A stretch of 39,834 nucleotides of DNA from a virus (Duplodnaviria > Heunggongvirae > Uroviricota > Caudoviricetes): the IMG/VR virus record IMGVR_UViG_2563366858_000008. One strand, written 5' to 3'. Positions 1 through 8,359 of the stretch are shown here, piece by piece; the first letter of the stretch is position 1; each line of letters starts with the position of its first letter. The notes beneath the pieces are model-generated. The model made no database searches. It saw nothing but the letters and a program-made list of their open reading frames with translations, and was not told where the DNA came from. The translations under genes and the position numbers were made by a program.

Positions 1-516
1 ATGAAATTTAAAAAATGTCTTCTGCCTGTGGCAATGTTAGCGTCATTCACTCTGGCAGGATGCCAGTCAAATGCTGATGATCATGCCGCCGATGTTTATC
101 AAACCGATCAACTGAATACCAAACAAGAAACTAAAACCGTTAATATTATTTCCATTCTTCCCGCAAAAGTTGCCGTAGACAACTCCCAAAATAAACGGAA
201 CGCACAAGCCTTCGGCGCGCTTATTGGTGCAGTCGCTGGCGGTGTAATCGGCCACAACGTGGGGTCTGGCAGCAATTCCGGAACGACGGCAGGTGCAGTT
301 GGCGGCGGAGCTGTTGGCGCGGCAGCGGGTTCTATGGTGAATGATAAAACCTTAGTGGAAGGTGTTTCTTTAACGTATAAGGAAGGCACCAAAGTGTATA
401 CCTCCACCCAGGTGGGTAAAGAGTGCCAGTTTACGACAGGTTTAGCCGTTGTTATTACCACGACGTATAACGAAACGCGTATTCAGCCAAATACGAAATG
501 TCCTGAAAAGAGCTAA
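1..516 (+). CDS. yfgH: Glycine-zipper outer-membrane lipoprotein (YfgH/YcfJ-like); host flank
   Basis: Signal peptide with lipobox LAGC; Gly/Ala-rich GAVAGGVIGH segment typical of YcfJ-type lipoproteins. Symbol from recalled similarity and 171-aa length, not verified. Confidence 0.6.
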   Translation: MKFKKCLLPVAMLASFTLAGCQSNADDHAADVYQTDQLNTKQETKTVNIISILPAKVAVDNSQNKRNAQAFGALIGAVAGGVIGHNVGSGSNSGTTAGAVGGGAVGAAAGSMVNDKTLVEGVSLTYKEGTKVYTSTQVGKECQFTTGLAVVITTTYNETRIQPNTKCPEKS

Positions 517-531
517 TGATCAGGAGGAGTC

Positions 532-1071
532 ATGAAGAAAGTTTTTCTTTGCGCCATCTTAGCCTCCTTAAGCTATCCGGCTATCGCCTCATCATTGCAG
601 GATCAACTCTCGGCTGTCGCAGAAGCGGAACAGCAAGGTAAAAATGAAGAGCAAAGGCAGCATGACGAATGGGTCGCGGAGCGCAACAGGGAAATCCAGC
701 AAGAGAAGCAACGTCGCGCAAACGCCCAGGCCGCGGCTAATAAAAGAGCGGCAACGGCAGCGGCGAATAAGAAAGCTCGTCAGGATAAACTGGACGCCGA
801 AGCCACTGCGGACAAAAAACGCGATCAAAGTTATGAAGATGAGCTACGCAGCTTAGAGATTCAGAAACAAAAACTGGCGCTGGCGAAAGAAGAAGCCCGC
901 GTCAAGCGCGAAAACGAATTTATCGATCAGGAACTGAAGCACAAAGCTGCGCAAACCGATGTGGTGCAATCTGAAGCTGACGCAAACAGAAATATGACTG
1001 AAGGCGGTCGCGATCTGATGAAAAGCGTGGGCAAAGCAGAAGAGAACAAATCGGACAGCTGGTTTAACTAA
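532..1071 (+). CDS. yfgI: Secreted coiled-coil protein (YfgI-like); host flank
   Basis: AGGAGG 6 nt upstream of ATG; signal peptide then charged coiled-coil; 179 aa. Symbol from recalled similarity, not verified. Confidence 0.6.
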   Translation: MKKVFLCAILASLSYPAIASSLQDQLSAVAEAEQQGKNEEQRQHDEWVAERNREIQQEKQRRANAQAAANKRAATAAANKKARQDKLDAEATADKKRDQSYEDELRSLEIQKQKLALAKEEARVKRENEFIDQELKHKAAQTDVVQSEADANRNMTEGGRDLMKSVGKAEENKSDSWFN

Positions 1072-1110
1072 GCGATGTCAGTAACTTCAAGCCTATGATT
1101 CGTGAGTATA

Positions 1111-1142
1111 AAAAACCCTCTGTAGTAACAGAGGGTTTTGTT
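1111..1142. terminator. Bidirectional intrinsic terminator between host genes and prophage lysis operon
   Basis: CCCTCTG-tagtaa-CAGAGGG stem-loop flanked by A5 upstream and TTTTGTT downstream. Confidence 0.7.
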
Positions 1143-1289
1143 CATTCATAGTGCAGGGTTCAAATCATTCCCACTCAATTATTTACGGACACCATAACCA
1201 ATTGAGTGATAACATTTTTCCAAAGATGAATTTTTCCCGTACCGTTTTATATACCGTCACCGGAAATCAGTACCATGAAAAATGCCATG

Positions 1290-1772
1290 CTATCTGGTCA
1301 GGGTGTCGTACTGTTTTTCGCAGACTCTTCCGGCTTCGGCTGCCCGGTCAGCATACTCTGCCAGTTGTCTGTTTCTCTCGAGAGATTTGCTGAGCACGTC
1401 GGCAAGCAAAACTCCGGTATCTGCGGCTGACGACCCAGCGCCGACAATGGCGTTATAGTGCCTGAGCTGCTCACGGATGGCAACGAGCTGTTGCTGCAAC
1501 CGGCCAGCGCGAGCGGCAGCATCAAGAGCATCATTGCGCGCCTGGTCGATCCTCTGCTGCGCTTCACGTTCATTGATCGATTTCTCCTGTTCGTAGTGCT
1601 GACGAACTCTCTCATCTTCGGTTTTGCGGTCTTCTTTCGCCTGTGCATACCCGGCGTCGTACTGACGACTGCCGTGCACATTCCAGGCAACAACTCCTGA
1701 TATGACCAGAACAGCAAGCACCGCCATGATAATCAACTGATTACGGTATGCTTTTACGAATGCCCAGATCAT
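1290..1772 (-). CDS. Rz-like i-spanin
   Basis: N-terminal TM helix then coiled-coil periplasmic domain; start overlaps endolysin stop (ATGA); Rz1 embedded in +1 frame. Confidence 0.75.
   Translation of the reverse strand: MIWAFVKAYRNQLIIMAVLAVLVISGVVAWNVHGSRQYDAGYAQAKEDRKTEDERVRQHYEQEKSINEREAQQRIDQARNDALDAAARAGRLQQQLVAIREQLRHYNAIVGAGSSAADTGVLLADVLSKSLERNRQLAEYADRAAEAGRVCEKQYDTLTR
1298..1534 (-). CDS. Rz1-like o-spanin lipoprotein, embedded in Rz
   Basis: Internal Met of the 1298..1717 frame gives [13 protein letters not shown] signal with lipobox, then Pro/Ser-rich short protein. Exact start uncertain. Confidence 0.5.
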   Translation of the reverse strand: MMLLMLPLALAGCSNSSLPSVSSSGTITPLSALGRQPQIPEFCLPTCSANLSRETDNWQSMLTGQPKPEESAKNSTTP

Positions 1773-2398
1773 ACGGCCAGCACCTTACTGGCAGTAACGT
1801 ACCGCGCGCGCCGGTCGTCGATGCCGTTCCGGCCACCATTGATAATCAGAGTTACACGTGCAATATCTCCGGGATACTTCATGCATCCTTTGCTGGCGAA
1901 GAACCACGCCGCGCTACGAGCCGCATATTCGTCCTGCGCCAACAGTTCAGGATTCTCCAGCAGGTCCACTTTCAGGACGTTTCCGCAATCACGATAGTTA
2001 TTCAAACCGGTAATCTGGATAAGTCCGCGGCCACGGTAATTCCAGCCATCACCAGGGGCATTGTTCCCCATGCGTTTGCTGTACACCAGATTGGCGATCG
2101 CTCGCTGGCGCTCGAGTGGCAATGGTGGCTCACCAGCACGGCGACCCAGTGCATTAGCCTGCCCCTGAGTGAGACGCCCAGCCCGAACGAAGTTAGCCAG
2201 TCCGCTGACGCTGTAGTTGAAATTCTCCTGCAACCGGGTGAAGCCCCCAGACTCATGCCCGACTTGAGCAATAAACATTGCCTGATCTTCTGCTTTGCTG
2301 ATACCAAACTCTTTCATCGCAGAAGTTATATGCGAGAACCAGCGTGCGGCCAGCGCCTCGCTAATACCAGCAGCTCGCTGGAATTGTTTAATCTCCAT
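1769..2398 (-). CDS. Endolysin, glycoside hydrolase family 19 (chitinase-like lysozyme)
   Basis: Start [11 protein letters not shown] at ATG 2398 with GAGG RBS; motifs GHESGGF and GRGLIQITG typical of GH19 endolysins. The track's longer ORF to 2629 is an upstream extension. Confidence 0.85.
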   Translation of the reverse strand: MEIKQFQRAAGISEALAARWFSHITSAMKEFGISKAEDQAMFIAQVGHESGGFTRLQENFNYSVSGLANFVRAGRLTQGQANALGRRAGEPPLPLERQRAIANLVYSKRMGNNAPGDGWNYRGRGLIQITGLNNYRDCGNVLKVDLLENPELLAQDEYAARSAAWFFASKGCMKYPGDIARVTLIINGGRNGIDDRRARYVTASKVLAV

Positions 2399-2696
2399 GT
2401 TTAGACCTCGATATTTTGAAAATCTGAACAACGTTACCGCGTGTTTTAATAACCGCGGCAAGCATGACAGCGTTGATAATGACCTCAGATAAATCCACAG
2501 CCATTGGCGTGCGTAACCAGATTGCATAGACGACACGAACAGGAATACTGGCCGCAGCAACAATAAGGAAATAAGCAAGCCACCCTCCCCATCTTCGATG
2601 TTGAGAGCCGTTACGCCGGAATGTGACAACGCGAATTGCTATGCCAGTACAAATAACTGCATTGGTGATAAGCAAAAAAAACTCATGCGTTACCAT
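2388..2696 (-). CDS. Small membrane protein in lysis cassette (holin-like or antiholin)
   Basis: 102 aa with 2-3 hydrophobic helices; GGGGAG RBS; overlaps holin stop and ends at endolysin start. Confidence 0.5.
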   Translation of the reverse strand: MVTHEFFLLITNAVICTGIAIRVVTFRRNGSQHRRWGGWLAYFLIVAAASIPVRVVYAIWLRTPMAVDLSEVIINAVMLAAVIKTRGNVVQIFKISRSKHGD

Positions 2697-3087
2697 CGTC
2701 TTTTCTCCCCGGAATTAAATCGCGTGGATTGTCTGAACGGTGGTAAAGCCATATACCAATACGCACAGCGACAATTGCTGACACGAATGCGCCAGCAGAG
2801 AAAACAATCCCTTTTTCAAAAGAGTCCTGCGTGATGGTAGGGATCAGGCTGGCTATGCCGATAAGAATTGATGCTGCTGGTTTGTAGAAAAGAAGTCCGC
2901 AGAGAAAGCTAAGCATCGATAAGAGTACGCGACGATGAATTGGGTACTCTACCGCAGAGGTAACAAAAATTACCGCACCAGCCAAAGACCCTAAAGCAAC
3001 CTCAGGAGGAACTCCTGCTATAACCGCAGCAAGAGAACTCATACTAAGCCATTGATTTAAAGATTCGCTGGTTAGCTGAACTGACAT
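2683..3087 (-). CDS. Holin
   Basis: About 134 aa with three predicted TM segments and charged C-terminus; GGTGG RBS before ATG 3087; upstream in-frame GTG at 3096 could give a dual start. Confidence 0.65.
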   Translation of the reverse strand: MSVQLTSESLNQWLSMSSLAAVIAGVPPEVALGSLAGAVIFVTSAVEYPIHRRVLLSMLSFLCGLLFYKPAASILIGIASLIPTITQDSFEKGIVFSAGAFVSAIVAVRIGIWLYHRSDNPRDLIPGRKDDGNA

Positions 3088-3190
3088 AAAGACCACCGTT
3101 TAATGTGCATGAAGCCCCACTTAGTTAGTGAAATAACACACATATTAAACCATATATGAATCACATTTAAACGGATAACTCTTCACGAAA

Positions 3191-3205
3191 TTACCCTATA
3201 GGTGA
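3191..3205. promoter_or_regulatory. Operator-like inverted repeat TTACCCTATAGGTGA (1 mismatch to TTACC-N5-GGTAA) upstream of the acetyltransferase gene
   Basis: 37 bp upstream of ATG 3242 in AT-rich promoter region. Confidence 0.4.
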
Positions 3206-3241
3206 TATCATTGGGTTATCCTATTCAAAACGATAGCAATT

Positions 3242-5182
3242 ATGTCTTATTTAAAATACAGAACAGATATTGATGGGCTGCGAGCTATTGCGGTTTTGCT
3301 GGTCGTGCTGTACCACGCAAACTTTCCTATTCATGGTGGTTTTATTGGTGTAGATGTTTTTTTCGTCATATCAGGATATCTCATTACCAACATCATATAT
3401 AAAGAGACTAAAAGAAATATTTTTTCATTCCTTAATTTTTACAAACGTCGAATAAAGCGATTGCTCCCAGCTTTTGCTTTTCTTCTTTTATTTTTATTTG
3501 TTTACTGCAAATTATATTTGATGCCAGATGAACTTATATCATTCTCTAAAAGTGCGGTATACGCTCTTCTTGGCATAAGCAATTTCTATTTTTTTAGTGG
3601 CACAGGTTACTTTAACTCAACCTCTTATGAACCGCTTTTACACACATGGTCGCTTTCCGTTGAAGAGCAGTTCTACATTGTATGGCCTTTCATCGTTTTC
3701 ATGCTCGCTCGGAACTCAGGGACAAAAAAAGCAATAATAATATCCTCATTACTATTTATTGTATTCCTTGGTATTTCACAGTATGGAGCAGTTAATTATA
3801 AAACAGCAGCGTATCTCCTACTGCCTTTTAGGTTCTTTGAGTTGCTCTCAGGTGCCCTACTTGCTATCTATAAAGATTCAATAACAAAACATCTGCGCCA
3901 CGGTTCTGTAATTTCACTGGTCGGCGTAATGCTGATTGTGTTGAGTTCATTATTTATAAATTCTAACACGCCATTTCCTGGGTTCACTGTTTTGCCTACA
4001 TGTTTAGGCGCTGTAATGCTTATTGCTGCAGGTGACTCATCCAAAAACTTCATTTCTAAAGTGCTGTCTTTAACTCCAGTTGTTTATGTAGGAAGAATTT
4101 CCTACTCTCTTTATTTATGGCACTGGCCTGTACTGATTCTTGCTGAATACAGGGGGATCGATCTTACGGCCTTAAATGCGACGGCGCTCATACTTATCGC
4201 ATTCATCATGGCAAGCATAAGCTATCACTTCGTTGAAAAGCCATTTAGGAAGGATTCGCTGCAATATTTCAGGACTGCATTTATAACCATCTACCTGATA
4301 CCATTAATAGTATCCGCTGCCTATGCAGCGTACATTTTAAAAAATGATGGTTTTCGCGCCAAAAGTTCAGAGTTAGTATCTGAATTAGAAGAGAGAAACG
4401 CGACAAATATTATGCGCCCACAGTGTATTGATAAATTATTTATCGGTAATGTAAATGACTGTCATCTTGGCGTTAATAAAGGCGAAGTAGATGGCGTGCT
4501 TCTTGGTGACTCCTTTGGTAATGCATATGCTTACTTTATTGATGAACTTGCGAAAGATGCTGGAATATCAATAACAGATACTACATATAGCTCAACACCT
4601 GTAATATCAGGAATTTATGTGCAGGATATCAGGAATAAGATATCTGACATAGATGCTAACCTGATAATGACATATACAAAAAACAGGCTGGAGTATGCAG
4701 CAAAACAAAAGTTCGCGATAATTTCCGTTTTTTGGGATCAGTACGGGCCACAAAATAATTACTTCCGTATCTTCGATAAAAACGGTGACGTATCGGAGAA
4801 TGCTTACCAGTTGCAATCTGAAGCAATAAAATATCTGCTGTCCAATGGCGTGAAAGTTTACATCATTGCAAGACCTTACCAGTCTATTGGCCCTGCTGCG
4901 ATAAACAAACTGCGCCAAATTAAGCTGCGGCATGGGGATGTAACTACTGAAAAATATGAATACGGCGTAAAGAAAGATGATCGGATAGAATACAAGTTAA
5001 AGCAGGAGTTCCCTCAGATAACGCTAATCGATCCTAACGATGTACTTTGCCACAAAGGGGAATGTGATGCCATCGTGGATGGAAAGATCATTTTCAGAAC
5101 TGATGGTTCACACCTGAATGCTGTTGGAGCAAAAAAAATCGGGGAAGAGTATTTGAAAAACTACGCAAACCCATTTCGATAA
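3242..5182 (+). CDS. O-antigen O-acetyltransferase, acyltransferase-3 membrane domain plus SGNH domain (OafA/Oac-like); lysogenic conversion
   Basis: N-terminal multi-TM domain with conserved YRxDIDGLRAIAV...H motif; C-terminal GDSFG (SGNH) motif; 646 aa; AT-rich relative to neighbours. Confidence 0.85.
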   Translation: MSYLKYRTDIDGLRAIAVLLVVLYHANFPIHGGFIGVDVFFVISGYLITNIIYKETKRNIFSFLNFYKRRIKRLLPAFAFLLLFLFVYCKLYLMPDELISFSKSAVYALLGISNFYFFSGTGYFNSTSYEPLLHTWSLSVEEQFYIVWPFIVFMLARNSGTKKAIIISSLLFIVFLGISQYGAVNYKTAAYLLLPFRFFELLSGALLAIYKDSITKHLRHGSVISLVGVMLIVLSSLFINSNTPFPGFTVLPTCLGAVMLIAAGDSSKNFISKVLSLTPVVYVGRISYSLYLWHWPVLILAEYRGIDLTALNATALILIAFIMASISYHFVEKPFRKDSLQYFRTAFITIYLIPLIVSAAYAAYILKNDGFRAKSSELVSELEERNATNIMRPQCIDKLFIGNVNDCHLGVNKGEVDGVLLGDSFGNAYAYFIDELAKDAGISITDTTYSSTPVISGIYVQDIRNKISDIDANLIMTYTKNRLEYAAKQKFAIISVFWDQYGPQNNYFRIFDKNGDVSENAYQLQSEAIKYLLSNGVKVYIIARPYQSIGPAAINKLRQIKLRHGDVTTEKYEYGVKKDDRIEYKLKQEFPQITLIDPNDVLCHKGECDAIVDGKIIFRTDGSHLNAVGAKKIGEEYLKNYANPFR

Positions 5183-5185
5183 GGA

Positions 5186-5203
5186 GTGCGCCTCGCGGCG
5201 CAC
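5186..5203. terminator. GC-rich stem-loop between convergent acetyltransferase and tailspike genes
   Basis: GTGCGCC-tcgc-GGCGCAC; no clear U-tract on either strand. Confidence 0.4.
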
Positions 5204-5212
5204 ATGCCTAAA

Positions 5213-7444
5213 TTAAGACTTCTTAAGGTACGACCATGTAACAGTGGTCGTACCGCTGCTGGTAATAGATATATACCTTTCTGATACGCTTGCTGTGAGG
5301 AACGCCGCAGTCTTCAGCGTCTGGATCATTGCTGTCGTACCATCATAAATTACCAGGAATGAAATCGCGTAGTTTGCACCTCCGCCAGAAACCCACACGT
5401 TAACATCATAAACTCCCTCAGAGTTTGGCAAAGTAAATAGCACGGACGCTACGTTAGCGTTGACCGATTTAGTACCCTTGTCGGTATAGACCGTGGGCAC
5501 CTGAAGCCCATTGGCATTTTTATTTTCTACATACCCACCAGCAATAACGCCTGACGTGATGCAGTTCGTGTAGTTAACGTTGCCGGTGCTCACAGTAGAG
5601 ATGGTTGGAGTTCCTCCGGCCGGAGCCTGGAACCGGCAGTTATCTGCATCAACCTGCGAGGTTACATCTGTGTGGATGAATGATGGATAGCCGGCCATTC
5701 CTTCAAAAGCGATCGGCGTACCATCGAAGCTATCTTTGCAGTTCAGCATCTTCACGCGAGATCCATTTATCGCGCGGTAAAAATCAACGATACCATTAGA
5801 ACCACCGAAAGATGTTTTCAACTTGTTGCCAGAACCAACTGCCCCGACTATCGAAACGGTTGAATTATCGAATGTCATAAACGCCACCTCAAGTGCTGAG
5901 TTGTTGTTTATAACGTTCGCCTCACCATCAAAACCGGAGATAAGAAATCCGTGACAATTCGAAAGGTAAATAGCAGACTGACCGATAGACTCGTTGGAGT
6001 TTACTGTCATCTTATCTGCTGCGCAGTTCGTCATCTGCCCTGAAAGGAGGTTTGTTAAATACCACGCGCATACACCCCCCATTACATAGCAGGACTCATA
6101 ATGGATCGTCGTGCCGGTGTTTTTGTAGAAACCACCGCGACTGCGACGCACCCATACATGCTCAAGCCTAGACATATAATTTCCAGAGTCGTCATATACT
6201 CCCCACCATGCCCCATCTATATCGACGTTTTTAATCCTTATCAAACCCGGCGATGTCTCACCACCATTTATAAGAATGCCAATTTTACCGTCGTTTGTGG
6301 CAGCATCTGTTGGATAGTCAATTCCATTCTGATCATAGAAAATATATAAATTCTCAATATTTCCTGAAGCAAAAGACTCTCCATAATGGAAGCACGCTTT
6401 ATTTCCAATTACGGAAATAAAAGTCCCTGATCTGTTTATTATGTTATTACACTCACCGTATACAGTTGCAGATGTATTCATCTTAATAGTGTCATTAACA
6501 AAATATGCATTTCCACCTGGAATAAACACATTTCGTCCAGTGTTAATAGCTGCCTGTATTCCTGCGTAGTCAAAAGACTGGGTAAGCGATGTCACAAATG
6601 GATATACCATTTGTGCTGCTGTCAATGTTGAAAACACTTCGCTTAACTGATGAAGTTTTCCATCGCCTGTAGCACCAAAATCTTTTGCACTAATAAAATC
6701 GCTGTTTTTATCATGCTGTGTACGAATAAATGAACTAATGAAAGGTTGCTTCACCGAGATCAGAGCATCGCCTTTCCCGTCCTCGCCGCTGGCCAACTGG
6801 TTGAATACATCAGCCGCCGTTCCTGAAGGCACAGGGAACGGAACGGGCTTACCGTTGGCGATGCCGATTATGCTTCCTTCAAGTTGAGCGAGAGGTGGCA
6901 GCGGATCGATATAAGAATCAGGAACACGGATTGTATGGTCGATATTCGATAAAACCGTACTGTCCACATAATTCTTTGTGGATGCATCCTGCGGGTTTAC
7001 CGGGTCTTTCAGGTTTCGAATATAGTTGTTCAGCGCGTTATAATAATTTGCCACGAATGACGGCTTGCGCAGCGCCAAGCTAAACCAACTTCGAACCTGC
7101 TGGATCAGCATCGTTAGCTTATCAAAAGCATCCTCATGCACTTCTGCAAAGAACTTCCCCTGATTACGCAAATCAGTTTCCTGCGTAACCGGGAGCTCTC
7201 GTGATATAGAAATCTGGTAACCGTTAGCTAACGCCTTCGACAGAATTACATTACCGCCGTTATATCCACCAGCCCCAGTGACAGTGTAATCAGTATCAAG
7301 AGCCAGCACAGCGATATTTTCGTCAAGGTCAACCACCTGCACTACCAGATCAGATTCCTTGAAAACCCTAAAGGTATAAGGGAATGAAGTCGTAACGCCA
7401 TTGCCTGTGTATTCGTTGTGGTCAACTTCGGTTGAGACCGTCAT
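5213..7444 (-). CDS. Tailspike protein
   Basis: 743 aa; N-terminal MTVSTEVDHNEYTGNGVTTSFPYTF resembles the particle-binding domain of epsilon15-type tailspikes (recalled); central region has beta-helix-like repeats; GGAG RBS. Confidence 0.75.
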   Translation of the reverse strand: MTVSTEVDHNEYTGNGVTTSFPYTFRVFKESDLVVQVVDLDENIAVLALDTDYTVTGAGGYNGGNVILSKALANGYQISISRELPVTQETDLRNQGKFFAEVHEDAFDKLTMLIQQVRSWFSLALRKPSFVANYYNALNNYIRNLKDPVNPQDASTKNYVDSTVLSNIDHTIRVPDSYIDPLPPLAQLEGSIIGIANGKPVPFPVPSGTAADVFNQLASGEDGKGDALISVKQPFISSFIRTQHDKNSDFISAKDFGATGDGKLHQLSEVFSTLTAAQMVYPFVTSLTQSFDYAGIQAAINTGRNVFIPGGNAYFVNDTIKMNTSATVYGECNNIINRSGTFISVIGNKACFHYGESFASGNIENLYIFYDQNGIDYPTDAATNDGKIGILINGGETSPGLIRIKNVDIDGAWWGVYDDSGNYMSRLEHVWVRRSRGGFYKNTGTTIHYESCYVMGGVCAWYLTNLLSGQMTNCAADKMTVNSNESIGQSAIYLSNCHGFLISGFDGEANVINNNSALEVAFMTFDNSTVSIVGAVGSGNKLKTSFGGSNGIVDFYRAINGSRVKMLNCKDSFDGTPIAFEGMAGYPSFIHTDVTSQVDADNCRFQAPAGGTPTISTVSTGNVNYTNCITSGVIAGGYVENKNANGLQVPTVYTDKGTKSVNANVASVLFTLPNSEGVYDVNVWVSGGGANYAISFLVIYDGTTAMIQTLKTAAFLTASVSERYISITSSGTTTVTWSYLKKS

Positions 7445-7600
7445 GTTAAATCTCCAGATAGTCGCAGCACCCGTTGCGCCGCATATCTGGTTATTCTATT
7501 ACCTGAAAAACCATATATGGATGGAAAGAGTGTTAATGTGAGCAGATATTACCTTTCAGGTGATTCGCAAAACGTGCTGGATAGCAAACAAATTATCTGC

Positions 7601-7620
7601 TACTGTATAAATATACAGTT
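7601..7620 (+). promoter_or_regulatory. LexA (SOS) box
   Basis: TACTGTATAAATATACAGTT matches CTGT-(A/T)8-ACAG; lies 20 bp upstream of the moron start codon. Confidence 0.75.
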
Positions 7621-7639
7621 ATTGCATGGAGAAGATAAG

Positions 7640-7897
7640 ATGCAGCAGTATCACTATCCACTGAAAGAGGGATTTACCGAAAGGATTCACACGCCGGGAG
7701 GCGTCAGGTCACTGGTGGAAGGATCGCACTTGATGAAATTACTCCGGGATCTCGATAAGGATGGATTTAATGTCGATGGCCCACTTGCCGAACTGACTGC
7801 ACTGATTAACTACGTCACCAGCTCACAGATGTCTATGCAGGATCTGCAAACACATCTCGACTATTGTGCCGAACAATTACGAAAACAAACCCGGTAA
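7640..7897 (+). CDS. Small SOS-regulated moron protein, unknown function (candidate antirepressor)
   Basis: GGAGAAG RBS 5 nt before ATG 7640; 85 aa; the track's longer ORF from 7517 would contain the LexA box. Confidence 0.6.
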   Translation: MQQYHYPLKEGFTERIHTPGGVRSLVEGSHLMKLLRDLDKDGFNVDGPLAELTALINYVTSSQMSMQDLQTHLDYCAEQLRKQTR

Positions 7898-7904
7898 ATT
7901 TAAA

Positions 7905-7920
7905 GGCCGCGAAAGCGGCC
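7905..7920 (-). terminator. Intrinsic terminator after the lipoprotein gene
   Basis: GGCCGC-gaaa-GCGGCC hairpin; on the minus strand followed by TTTAAATTT. Confidence 0.6.
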
Positions 7921-7921
7921 T

Positions 7922-7933
7922 GTGACATGTCAC
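7922..7933. repeat. 12-bp perfect palindrome GTGACATGTCAC, copy 1
   Basis: Between lipoprotein stop (7937) and terminator hairpin. Confidence 0.8.
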
Positions 7934-7936
7934 GAC

Positions 7937-8350
7937 TTATAAAGATGACTGATATTTTACAACTCTGTTCATGGCATCTTTTTTCACCGAGCTGATATCA
8001 GTTCTTATTTTGGCTTCGTCATTACTGTTTATCATGCTATTAACTTTTTGCACAGACATGCCGTTTCTTTCAGCCATTGCACATACAGCAGCATCGTATG
8101 AAGAACTCGCTGCGATGGATATAACCTTGTTACACTCAAACACAGCACCTTCAGCAATATCAGATGCCGATGATGCTGACTTGGTATAAGTCTTGACGTA
8201 GTGATCAATACAACTATCCTTCGCCGTCTTGGCAAGAGAAAAATCCATTTTAACCTTGTCGCAATATGCCTTATCAACACCGTCATAAACATCATAGGAT
8301 GTCGAGCAAGCGGATATCAAAAATACCGATAACAGCAATAATTCCTTCAT
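7937..8350 (-). CDS. Lipoprotein moron (possible superinfection exclusion)
   Basis: Signal peptide with lipobox ISAC; 137 aa; AT-rich; between ejection-protein genes and tailspike. Confidence 0.6.
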   Translation of the reverse strand: MKELLLLSVFLISACSTSYDVYDGVDKAYCDKVKMDFSLAKTAKDSCIDHYVKTYTKSASSASDIAEGAVFECNKVISIAASSSYDAAVCAMAERNGMSVQKVNSMINSNDEAKIRTDISSVKKDAMNRVVKYQSSL

Positions 8351-8359
8351 TGTTGTTCC

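Noticed and set aside
1151-1175. T-loop-like string GGGTTCAAATC suggesting a tRNA fragment at the left junction
   Set aside because: Flanking bases do not form a T-stem or acceptor stem; not a tRNA remnant as far as can be folded by eye.
1769-2629. 286-aa version of the endolysin ORF
   Set aside because: The first 77 codons overlap the upstream membrane-protein gene and lack an RBS; the GH19 domain begins at ATG 2398 with a GAGG RBS.
7517-7639. Upstream extension of the moron ORF (start at 7517)
   Set aside because: The extension would contain the LexA box and promoter; the ATG at 7640 has a strong RBS.
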